From: Bacteriovoracaceae bacterium
GTDB lineage: Bacteria; Bdellovibrionota; Bacteriovoracia; Bacteriovoracales; Bacteriovoracaceae
DNA: 64,000 nt
Direction of reading: 5' to 3'
NCBI GenBank assembly: GCA_018675575.1
Contig: JABGXW010000029.1
Coordinates: 21,412 to 85,411 of the forward strand
This document shows, one piece after another, positions 8,980 to 17,439 of the stretch (position 1 is its first letter; every line of letters begins with the position of its first letter). The position numbers and the translations under genes were made by a program. The notes beneath the pieces are model-generated. The model was given only the letters and a program-made list of their open reading frames with translations, ran no database searches and was not told the DNA's origin.

Positions 8980-10803
8980 ATGCTAATTTGGAGGTTTTTT
9001 TTGGATAAAAATAATAACATATTTTGCCTGGCCCCCTGGGTACATGCTCATGTAGATGTAGAAGGAAAGAGGGCCCTATGTGATTTCAGTGATCCTATAG
9101 AGGGTATCTGTAACAATTTATCTCTGAAAGAGTACTGGAATAGTCCTGAAATTAAAGAAAGAAGAGTCATGATGTTAAATGGTCAAGCACCAAAAGAATG
9201 TCATTCATGTTCTAAACGGAGAATTTCAACAGAACCTCATTGTGTAGAATTTAATAATCCATATAAATACCTTGTACCAACGATATTAAGAAATACCAAA
9301 GTTGACGGATCGACGTCCATGAAGCCATTCTATTATGATTATCGTTTCTCTAATATTTGCAACTTTAGTTGTAAGATGTGTTCAGCACCAAATTCTACAT
9401 TAATTGAAAATGAAACAAGAAAGTTTAATAATATAAATCCTAAACAACCTACGTTATATGAGAATAGAAAAGTTAATAATGAGAAAATATATTTACCTGA
9501 GTTTTTACAGAATATTGAAAAAGGACATGTTCAAAAAATATCCTGGGCCGGGGGAGAAACATTAATCACCCCAGAACACTGGGAGGTCATTAATAAGATA
9601 CTTAATCTTGATATGCAAAAAAAAATATGTCTATCATACAGCACTAATTTTAGTATTGAAAACTACAAAGGTACCAAAATCCTTGATATTCTCAAAGACT
9701 TTAAACATATATCTTATGAATTAAGTTTAGATGGAATTAAGGAGGTAGGTGAATTCATTAGATCCGGATTAAACTGGGAAACATTTTATACGAACTTTAA
9801 GAGTTTACCTATTCGTTCAAATCTCGACATCTCATTTGCTATTACGTTGACCATTCCTGGTATTCTCGATATCAAAAATCTCATCGATTTTCTACTAGAA
9901 GATCGACTTAAATATGTTCCTGTTTTTTGTATTGGAGATTATTCAACCGATGTCATGTCTCCCTTTATTCTTCCGAGACATCTTTATGATCAACTGCTCG
10001 ACAATTTCGAAAAGTTGGTAATAGAATACAATGACCCGTATCTTGATAATTTTATTGATTTGATCCATTCAATGAAAAATACGACAATCATTGAGGAATG
10101 TATCAATCTAGATATTAAAGATTTCATTAGTGCAAGAAAGTTTCATTCATTTAGAGAGCAATTAAATCCGCATCAAATAACATTAAATGAAATTTTCAAA
10201 ATTAAATCACCAGATATTTATAAGTGGTGGTTAAAAAGTGATGATGAACTAATAAAAAGCAGTCTTAGCCTAGTTGAATACAGACACATACTTCACAATA
10301 AAGAATGGGATGATAAACATTCTTATTCCAGCGAAACTTTTCAAGAGAAAGTAATTCTTACGACCACATTTAATTTCACGGGAAACTTAGAAACTTCCCC
10401 TAAGCTATTCTATGGTACAAACTTAATTCGTGAGATTACAGACCCTGTTGAGTATCTAAATAAATTATCAAGGCATATTAATAAAGAAGACAGAGTGTCT
10501 CTGATAGATGCTACTGGGAATATATTCAGTTCATGGCTAAATCGAAAAAACTTAAATTCTTATCAAAATAAAATTATCCTATGGCGTTTGATAAACCTTC
10601 CTGCCGATGAGTGGGATCGGAAATTCCCAAATTTAATTATTTTATCTACAAATTATCTTTCCCCGATCTCTTTCATTCTTCGAAATAAAAATGTAGACAA
10701 TAGATTAATATCTATCATTTGTAAGTTTGAATTTTTGGTTAGCTTCCTTAATCCTGTAATCTCGCTACACTTCAGAGTTCTTTTCAAAAGAAGGGACGAT
10801 TGA
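8980..10803 (+). CDS. Radical SAM enzyme with N-terminal twitch/SPASM-like module plus about 200-aa C-terminal extension of unknown function (paralogue 3)
   Basis: FCLAPW...GKRALC...ECHSC module, NICNFSCKMC triad, WAGGETL. The start is uncertain: there is no SD before ATG 8980, and an upstream ATG at 8940 is one T out of frame across a T8 tract. Confidence 0.65.
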   Translation: MLIWRFFLDKNNNIFCLAPWVHAHVDVEGKRALCDFSDPIEGICNNLSLKEYWNSPEIKERRVMMLNGQAPKECHSCSKRRISTEPHCVEFNNPYKYLVPTILRNTKVDGSTSMKPFYYDYRFSNICNFSCKMCSAPNSTLIENETRKFNNINPKQPTLYENRKVNNEKIYLPEFLQNIEKGHVQKISWAGGETLITPEHWEVINKILNLDMQKKICLSYSTNFSIENYKGTKILDILKDFKHISYELSLDGIKEVGEFIRSGLNWETFYTNFKSLPIRSNLDISFAITLTIPGILDIKNLIDFLLEDRLKYVPVFCIGDYSTDVMSPFILPRHLYDQLLDNFEKLVIEYNDPYLDNFIDLIHSMKNTTIIEECINLDIKDFISARKFHSFREQLNPHQITLNEIFKIKSPDIYKWWLKSDDELIKSSLSLVEYRHILHNKEWDDKHSYSSETFQEKVILTTTFNFTGNLETSPKLFYGTNLIREITDPVEYLNKLSRHINKEDRVSLIDATGNIFSSWLNRKNLNSYQNKIILWRLINLPADEWDRKFPNLIILSTNYLSPISFILRNKNVDNRLISIICKFEFLVSFLNPVISLHFRVLFKRRDD

Positions 10804-11871
10804 GCTGGCTGCAGTAATTAATCTTGAGAACTTACCCTCTGTAAGTAAGTCTAGCATCTTAAAATATTTTATTTGTAAATTATTTGGAAATGTTTCCACA
10901 AGTGCTCTTAATACCCGATGAGATATCAACAATTCACGTTGGGACATTTTTGAAAAATAATACTTAAGTATTTTTTTTCGTTGAGCCAGACCTAGTGTCG
11001 AGGGAGATAAATTCTCAGGGCTGTAAACATATTGAACAAATGGAAATAGATTATTTTCTTCACAGAAATTAAGCATTTCTATTATCTGGAAAGCATTTTC
11101 CCGTTGGATAGAAAAATTAATTTCCAAGTGAAAATCTTTTTCTTTTTGAAAAAGTTTAAGGTCGTCAATTGTTTTAAGTGCATTTCCCAATTTACCTGGA
11201 GCGCGAATAGATTCATAGGTCTTAGGATCTACTGTATCTAAACTAACTGATATACGGTTAATTTTAATTTTTCTCAAATGAGACTTTATTGATTCAGAAA
11301 GAGACCATTGTGCGTTTGTCGTAAAGCGCCAAGACAATGCGGGATTCGAGTCTGCTGCCAGGTTAATTATTTTATATAAATCTGGTTGCAGAAATGGTTC
11401 TCCCGCAAGAGGATCGATTTGTATTAAATTTGGAATGATATGCTTTTTTAAATGTTCCCAGAATCCATCTATTTTATCATATTCATGATTAGGCATGGCC
11501 CATATATTACAAAATGGGCATTGAAGGTTACAAAATCCGTTAATGTCTGGCGATAATCTTAATATTGGAGTTTTTACGACCTCCGAGGCGTCAATGTAGG
11601 GCAATAAATCAAGATTAGAGTGTAGCTTATTACAAGAGTTGTGATTGATATATTCTTTGCATGTTACAATATTTCCAGTTAAAAACTCCAGCCTCCAGTC
11701 ACGAAATTTTTTATTGTTCCAAATCTCTTCAATTGTATTTTCGTGAATATTCCCAAGAACATGACCAATACCCAATTCCCTACATGAGCCTACATGTCCA
11801 TTGGGATTTAGAATCAAACTTGCAAAAGGTACTGGACAAAATACCTTGGGTAGTGATTTACCATTTTTCAT
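10765..11871 (-). CDS. Radical SAM enzyme with N-terminal twitch/SPASM-like module (paralogue 4)
   Basis: FCPVPF...PNGHVGSCR...NTIEEIWN module, GFCNLQCPFC triad, GEPFLQ, TTNAQW. Its 3-prime end overlaps paralogue 3 by 39 nt (convergent). Confidence 0.7.
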   Translation of the reverse strand: MKNGKSLPKVFCPVPFASLILNPNGHVGSCRELGIGHVLGNIHENTIEEIWNNKKFRDWRLEFLTGNIVTCKEYINHNSCNKLHSNLDLLPYIDASEVVKTPILRLSPDINGFCNLQCPFCNIWAMPNHEYDKIDGFWEHLKKHIIPNLIQIDPLAGEPFLQPDLYKIINLAADSNPALSWRFTTNAQWSLSESIKSHLRKIKINRISVSLDTVDPKTYESIRAPGKLGNALKTIDDLKLFQKEKDFHLEINFSIQRENAFQIIEMLNFCEENNLFPFVQYVYSPENLSPSTLGLAQRKKILKYYFSKMSQRELLISHRVLRALVETFPNNLQIKYFKMLDLLTEGKFSRLITAASSIVPSFEKNSEV

Positions 11872-11956
11872 ATTAGATCCATAATCATTTGGTCATTGTT
11901 ATTACTCAGCCTGTGATATATTATATCATTAGTCACATGAAATAGAGGTAATAATT

Positions 11957-12247
11957 ATGACTTCATATGCCAATTCAGATATGGTTATTAAAACTGTAGA
12001 CGATATTGTTACTAGAAAAAATGATAATGGTAGTATCATACTTATGAAAATGAACGACTCAGATAATTTTTTCAAGATTGACGGCATAGCATCAATGATC
12101 TGGCGCGAATCTGTAGACAATGGTCGACAACTTGGTGAAATATTTAAGCTAGTAATTGACGGATATGAAGTTGAGGCCAGCACATTGGAAAAAGATATAG
12201 ACAAATTATTACAAGATCTCAGATCCCACAAACTCATTGTTGAATAA
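11957..12247 (+). CDS. PqqD-family protein (RiPP-recognition-element-like peptide chaperone)
   Basis: 96 aa. The pattern DNGSIILMKM..DNFFKIDGIASMIWRE..NGRQLGEIFKLVIDGYEV....LEKDIDKLLQDLRSHKLIVE follows the PqqD family profile (LN-x-x-a-x-x-iW, y-v-x-x-x-x-x-e-x-Dv-x-x-fl-x-x-L-x-x-x-x-li). Good SD (AGAGGT) 8 nt upstream. Confidence 0.65.
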   Translation: MTSYANSDMVIKTVDDIVTRKNDNGSIILMKMNDSDNFFKIDGIASMIWRESVDNGRQLGEIFKLVIDGYEVEASTLEKDIDKLLQDLRSHKLIVE

Positions 12248-13241
12248 ATCTTAAAACATGATTAAGTGTCTCCTTCTCGTTACTTCCATATATAGTATAG
12301 AACTTCGAATTACTTATTAAATTAAACGCCGCCCAGATTCTCATTAGAAATATCTTAATTTTGGTCCAAAAATCCTTAATCCCAAATTCCCAAAATAATT
12401 CTAGAACCTGAGGTGTGCCGACCCCTAAAATAAAATATAAGAATAAGTCTTGATAAATTTCTATACGTTTTGATTTACCTAAAGAGCTTGTTTTACTGTC
12501 CCTATGTAGAAAAATAATATCTTCTCGTTTTTTTTTATCTTGATTTTTATCGTAAAAAAAATCTGCCCTGAGTAAATACTTTACATCATGATTAGTGCGG
12601 ACAAAATTTGACGTATATCCTTTATCATATTTTAACAATTTATTTTGATCTTTAAATCCTAAACGAAGTGGAAAGTGGAACCTATCCTGTGCGGAAACGA
12701 GAGTTATGTCGTCTGATGAATATTTCAAATTATTCTTTGAATTTAATAAATTTAAACATAGTGTTGATTTTCCAATACCAGAAGCCCCGACAAGAATGAA
12801 GTTCTTTTTCTCATTATATACACACATGGAATGAAGTCTGTGAATTCCGTCTATATCTAACATTTTCCCAACTCTAGACAATGTGGCAAGATAGATTATT
12901 TCTCTAGTTAAAATATCATTCTTTGAAAAGATTTTAATTGCTTCACTATCGAAATTTATTTTGAGAAGAAGTTCATCGTAATAATTAATATATCTACAGT
13001 TTTTATATTCATAGAATACTTTCCCATTATATGTTTTAATATTTTGAGATTGATTGTTAAATCTTAAAAGGTCAGGTTTGTCATAAATATGATCAATTTT
13101 AACATGAACAAGATTTGGTTTTCCTCCATCCGCGAATTCAAAGCTTTTAAAGTCAAATGACACATTCTCCAGAAGGCCATTAACAGGAGAATTGATACTG
13201 ACCATTTTACCTAAAAACAAAAAAAATTTACTTGATAACAT
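12234..13241 (-). CDS. HPr-kinase-related P-loop protein (HprK C-terminal-domain-like kinase)
   Basis: The P-loop LVGASGIGKSTL sits in the context typical of the HprK/P C-terminal domain (GxSGxGKS). The N-terminal half has no recognisable motif. Convergent with the PqqD gene, overlapping it by 14 nt. Confidence 0.55.
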   Translation of the reverse strand: MLSSKFFLFLGKMVSINSPVNGLLENVSFDFKSFEFADGGKPNLVHVKIDHIYDKPDLLRFNNQSQNIKTYNGKVFYEYKNCRYINYYDELLLKINFDSEAIKIFSKNDILTREIIYLATLSRVGKMLDIDGIHRLHSMCVYNEKKNFILVGASGIGKSTLCLNLLNSKNNLKYSSDDITLVSAQDRFHFPLRLGFKDQNKLLKYDKGYTSNFVRTNHDVKYLLRADFFYDKNQDKKKREDIIFLHRDSKTSSLGKSKRIEIYQDLFLYFILGVGTPQVLELFWEFGIKDFWTKIKIFLMRIWAAFNLISNSKFYTIYGSNEKETLNHVLRFIQQ

Positions 13242-14112
13242 GGTATTTCCTAGATAAATAAATCACTATCCCGATAAAAATGGCAATCCCATATGCTATA
13301 TGAATAAGTGGAAAGGTTAAAAAGGCAAGAAAAAAACAACCTATCGACGCGGACGCTCTTGCCAAAGAAAAGGAAAATAAAAAATCTAATGTTAGATAAA
13401 TAATTATTACAGGAGCAATATCAGTTGGAAAAATTAAACCATAAATTAATAGCAAAACAAAAAGGAAAGGAAGAAGGTAAATTATCTTTTTCGGAGCAAA
13501 ATTTACAAGAACATGCTTACCACGCGAAAATGCATAATAATAAATTTTTTTTATTACTTTTATATACGATTTACCAATTGTCCTAGTTACAATTGCCTCT
13601 GGATGATACCAGACATCATTTTTATCAACTCTAGATAAAAACTCATTCTCCTCATTGGGATAGAATCCAGGCTTAAAACCATTATTCTTTAAAAAAAAAT
13701 CCTTATTTATTACCATATTACATAATATTAACTCTCTTTCAGTTGATAATCTGGGACACCCAAGAGAAGAGTATCTAGCTCGAGAACTTTGAAAGGCAAA
13801 CCAAGATTTAAAAATATATGAAAAGAAATATGAATTAAAATTTTCTGATCTTATTAAAGCGGGGCCACCAACGACATTTACCCTATTATTATTAATAAAC
13901 TCTTTGTATTTTGCTAAGATATTTTTTGATAATTCACAATCGTCATCTAGAAATAGTAACCAATCGGAATTTGCCTGCCTAGCTGCCTTATTTCTTTGTT
14001 CTGAGGGATCATTCCCCTCCATACAAATAATTTCATCAACCAGATGAATTTTTTTATTTTTTTTCAGCACAACATTTGATATATTTTTACATGCAATTAT
14101 AATCGTAAACAT
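13228..14112 (-). CDS. Family 2 glycosyltransferase with C-terminal transmembrane segments
   Basis: MFTIIIACKN start typical of GT2, PSEQRN, DxD block LFLDDDCEL, hydrophobic C-terminus. I moved the start to ATG 14112, which removes the divergent overlap with the protease gene. The ORF track extends to 14160. Confidence 0.75.
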   Translation of the reverse strand: MFTIIIACKNISNVVLKKNKKIHLVDEIICMEGNDPSEQRNKAARQANSDWLLFLDDDCELSKNILAKYKEFINNNRVNVVGGPALIRSENFNSYFFSYIFKSWFAFQSSRARYSSLGCPRLSTERELILCNMVINKDFFLKNNGFKPGFYPNEENEFLSRVDKNDVWYHPEAIVTRTIGKSYIKVIKKIYYYAFSRGKHVLVNFAPKKIIYLLPFLFVLLLIYGLIFPTDIAPVIIIYLTLDFLFSFSLARASASIGCFFLAFLTFPLIHIAYGIAIFIGIVIYLSRKYHVIK

Positions 14113-14145
14113 AGTTAAATTATATGAGATTAGGTCAATTAAGTC

Positions 14146-15603
14146 GTGATTAAAAATCATTTTTATTTATATTCTCTATGCTATATTTTTTTTTTATCAC
14201 TAACTTCTGGTTGTTTGGTAAATAATGGTTCACAGTCCCTACTTCCAGCGAAATATGACCTTAGAGAATCTAATATTATCACTCTGCCAAAGAAACAGGC
14301 ATGGGGTACCTGCTGGGCACATTCCGCGATCTCATCAATTGAAAGTAACTTTTTATCAAAGCAAAAAGATAAGTCACTAGCAGAGATAAATTTCTCAGAG
14401 TACCATATGGATAAATTTAATGGATTTAATCGTGATGGGATTAAAGGTGAAGTTCTAAATACTGAAAAAAGCGGGCAAGGAATTGATTTCATAGGTTCAA
14501 ATCTCGACGATAGGCAGTCTGGTCTACTGGTCCATCAAGGTGGTGATATGAGAATAGCTACCGCTTACATTGCAAATAATGGAGGAGTAGTTAATGAAAA
14601 AAAATCTCATTTTATTTCTAACTCCCATCAAGATCACGACGTATTCGGGAACACCTCAATTACTGGGATCAAAAGAAGAGATATGTATCGTTATTATTTT
14701 TCACGAGATATTCAATTTCTAACCTTATTTGGCACAAACAGAGAAAAAAGAATCAAAATCAAAAAGGCCATAATTAATCACGGTGCCGTTTCAAGTGGAC
14801 AGGTTCAAACTAATAAACCTTTCGGTTTCTTTAACAATATGGAGGTTCATTTTCACAATGGTAATAAAGAAATTGACCACGCAATCAGCCTCATTGGATG
14901 GAATGATCACCTAGAAGTTGATGGTCATGTTGGAGCATGGCTAGTAAAAGATAGCTTCCATCAAAGTGAAACGACTGGTAAATATATCAAATACTTTTAT
15001 ATTTTATACGATGATATTCATGTAGCAAAAAACCCATTCCACGGCGGCACATCTTTTGCTAATACTCAATTAGAAAAGTTTAATTCCATTTACACTCATT
15101 CTCTTCATGGATGGAGATACACAAGTACAAATCTAAAAATTAAAGCAGTTGCCAGTAAGTATCTAATATCGCGGGAGAAAAAGATCGCGGGAGTTGGCAT
15201 CTATTCTACTCAAGAAAATTCAAGATATGTGCTAACAATACATTCATCATCACTAGATGGTCCTATTGTTTTTACAAAAGTATCAAAAGTTAAATATCCT
15301 GGATTTCACTTTGTTTCAGCCAACTCCCTAAGCATAAAGTCTGGAATATACTTTATAAAACTGGCTCTAAAACGACCAGCCTATCCATATGATGCCTCAT
15401 CTACAGTTGATGTATTATTAAGTGAGACTACTAAAAAAATACAAGTTAACTCCTCTGCCAACAAGGGAGAAAGTTATTATTTAATTGATGGGCAATGGAA
15501 AGACTTTAGCTCGTACAAAGATAAGCATAACCTTCAAAGAAAAAACAGTCATGCTATGAAATACGATACTGCCAATATCTCAATGAATTTGTATACTCAT
15601 TAA
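14146..15603 (+). CDS. Papain-family (C1) cysteine peptidase, predicted lipoprotein
   Basis: Lipobox LTSG-C after a hydrophobic leader. Active-site Cys block QAWGTCWAHSA (papain Q...CGSCWAFS). His block DHAISLIGWND. C-terminal region of about 200 aa is beta-rich. GTG start. Confidence 0.75.
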   Translation: MIKNHFYLYSLCYIFFLSLTSGCLVNNGSQSLLPAKYDLRESNIITLPKKQAWGTCWAHSAISSIESNFLSKQKDKSLAEINFSEYHMDKFNGFNRDGIKGEVLNTEKSGQGIDFIGSNLDDRQSGLLVHQGGDMRIATAYIANNGGVVNEKKSHFISNSHQDHDVFGNTSITGIKRRDMYRYYFSRDIQFLTLFGTNREKRIKIKKAIINHGAVSSGQVQTNKPFGFFNNMEVHFHNGNKEIDHAISLIGWNDHLEVDGHVGAWLVKDSFHQSETTGKYIKYFYILYDDIHVAKNPFHGGTSFANTQLEKFNSIYTHSLHGWRYTSTNLKIKAVASKYLISREKKIAGVGIYSTQENSRYVLTIHSSSLDGPIVFTKVSKVKYPGFHFVSANSLSIKSGIYFIKLALKRPAYPYDASSTVDVLLSETTKKIQVNSSANKGESYYLIDGQWKDFSSYKDKHNLQRKNSHAMKYDTANISMNLYTH

Positions 15604-17405
15604 TCACCAAAAAAAGATTTTAATCTTTCATAGTTATCTAATACAGGATCAGAAAATGACCTATGTTTTTTGGCATCTTTATAGTGAGAATAAGCTTTAT
15701 CATAATCTTTCTTATGAAAGTAATATTCACCTAATTTATAATTATATTTGAACAAGTTTTTATTGGTTATTGCAACTAGTCTTGTTTTTTGATAGTTAAT
15801 TTTATGTCTCGTTTCGTCTTTTATAATAAACTCATCTTCTAATTTATCCACAAGATACTGAGATAAAATTGTATCATTAGTATCAATCGCAATTTTTAAC
15901 ACCGTATCCAAAGTTTCGTTATGAAATTTAAGTGGATTGTCTTTATAAAACTTCAGAAACTCTTCTTTTTGAAATTTGTCATCGCATTTATCTATAATTT
16001 CAGCATAATATTCGAACATCTTATTTTTTCTAATTTCATTAGGGTGATTTAGGTAAAAAGAGACATTATTTTTTACTTTTATATAATTTTTTTCTTTCAT
16101 GTGAGCGGTTATTAGAGAAACTCTTACGTGATAATTTTCAGGGTTTTTATTAAGTATCGCCTGTAGAATAGTAGAGTCTTTTTGCCATCTGTTGATATTA
16201 AAAATCGTCGTAAATAAAAATGTGATACCAAATGCTATTAATAGGCCATCCCTAACTTTTTTATCCCTAATTTTAAAAAGGGCCCATACCAACATGAAGC
16301 TGTAAGAAACAGAGCCAAAATACATATAACGCGACGAGGTTACACTTATTGCCTGAAAAGGAAACGGTATTAATCCAGAGAATGGTAACAAAGTAACAAT
16401 AAAAGCAAAAACTGAGAAATAATTTTTTAATATCTTCTTATTTTTTAATACTGTCGATATTTTAAAAATTCCAACAAAGAAGGTCATCCTTAGAATAAAA
16501 TCTATTGAATTTATATTATATAGTGATCGGTCCAAGAATGATTTCGCACTGCCAAACACAGTGTTAAATGGAAATAAAAAATGATTAATGTAATATGAAT
16601 AAGCATGGAAAGATAAAAAGAGTCTATTTTGTACACCTATTTCATTACTTCCAAGCTCGTGGATACTCTTCAATTGAAAAAAACTATAAGTAGCTGAAAT
16701 AGAAAGTAATACCAGAGAGAATGCAAAAACGTATTTGATTTTAATTTTATAGAGCATTAAATCAATTAAAATAATGATAATAGGCAAGGAAATTGCGTCT
16801 TGTTTAGACAAAAGTGCAAAGATTAAATACAAAACTGTATTCAATGAATAATATTTTTGATTTTTCTCTCTCCATTTTAAATGATTTAGAACACATAGAA
16901 GAGAAAAGAACAAGCTCAGCACACCTCTTAACCCAGATAGCCAAACCACTGTTTCTACATTTACTGGAAATATCAAAAAAGTACCAGCTACGAAAGCAGG
17001 TAAGTATTTCAGATCACTTATATGTTTAGTTTTAACTAGTTGTTCTAATAATTTATAAATGATTATAGAATTTAAGCTGTGAAAAATAATATTAATTAAA
17101 TGTAGAATTATTTGCTGATGCTCTAGTTTGAAGTTGCTTGTTAGGGACCAAATAAGATTGGGTATTGGTGTTTTAAAACTAGTCACTATCTGAATAATTG
17201 AAGAAAAGGTACTACCCATTAATAGAGGATTTTTAAAAATATAATGATCATCATCAAAAATAAATTTATCAAAAAAGATTGAAGGTTGATATAATAACAC
17301 TCCAACAATTAAATATATTGAAAACAGGCAAACTCTATTCATATTTATACGGGAAAAAATATCTTTGAAATTTTTAATTAGATGTATTTTATCTATATTG
17401 TCCAT
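15600..17405 (-). CDS. GT-C fold membrane glycosyltransferase, TMTC/PMT_2-like, with C-terminal TPR domain
   Basis: About 10 TM segments. The first-loop acidic motif KFIFDDDHYIFKNPLL resembles the F-x-F/Y-DD...N motif of TMTC/PMT-type O-mannosyltransferases. The C-terminal 170 aa are TPR-like (YYFHKKDYDKAYSHYKDAKK). I moved the start to ATG 17405 (MDNIDKI) to avoid overlapping the upstream pilin-like gene. Confidence 0.65.
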   Translation of the reverse strand: MDNIDKIHLIKNFKDIFSRINMNRVCLFSIYLIVGVLLYQPSIFFDKFIFDDDHYIFKNPLLMGSTFSSIIQIVTSFKTPIPNLIWSLTSNFKLEHQQIILHLINIIFHSLNSIIIYKLLEQLVKTKHISDLKYLPAFVAGTFLIFPVNVETVVWLSGLRGVLSLFFSLLCVLNHLKWREKNQKYYSLNTVLYLIFALLSKQDAISLPIIIILIDLMLYKIKIKYVFAFSLVLLSISATYSFFQLKSIHELGSNEIGVQNRLFLSFHAYSYYINHFLFPFNTVFGSAKSFLDRSLYNINSIDFILRMTFFVGIFKISTVLKNKKILKNYFSVFAFIVTLLPFSGLIPFPFQAISVTSSRYMYFGSVSYSFMLVWALFKIRDKKVRDGLLIAFGITFLFTTIFNINRWQKDSTILQAILNKNPENYHVRVSLITAHMKEKNYIKVKNNVSFYLNHPNEIRKNKMFEYYAEIIDKCDDKFQKEEFLKFYKDNPLKFHNETLDTVLKIAIDTNDTILSQYLVDKLEDEFIIKDETRHKINYQKTRLVAITNKNLFKYNYKLGEYYFHKKDYDKAYSHYKDAKKHRSFSDPVLDNYERLKSFFGD

Positions 17406-17439
17406 GGTCGTCCGTGACAAGCATAATTTTTTATTTATT

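Noticed and set aside
8940-9008. 22-aa ORF (MSKQNNTLFRIFYNANLEVFFG) considered as a RiPP precursor peptide for the PqqD/rSAM genes.
   Set aside because: It has no Cys/Ser/Thr-rich core and no leader-like features. It is better explained as an out-of-frame 5-prime extension of radical SAM paralogue 3 across a T8 tract (reported as a finding instead).
11929-12237. 102-aa minus-strand ORF overlapping the PqqD-like gene.
   Set aside because: The plus-strand frame has a full PqqD-family pattern and a good SD. The minus-strand product is Ser/Ile low complexity.
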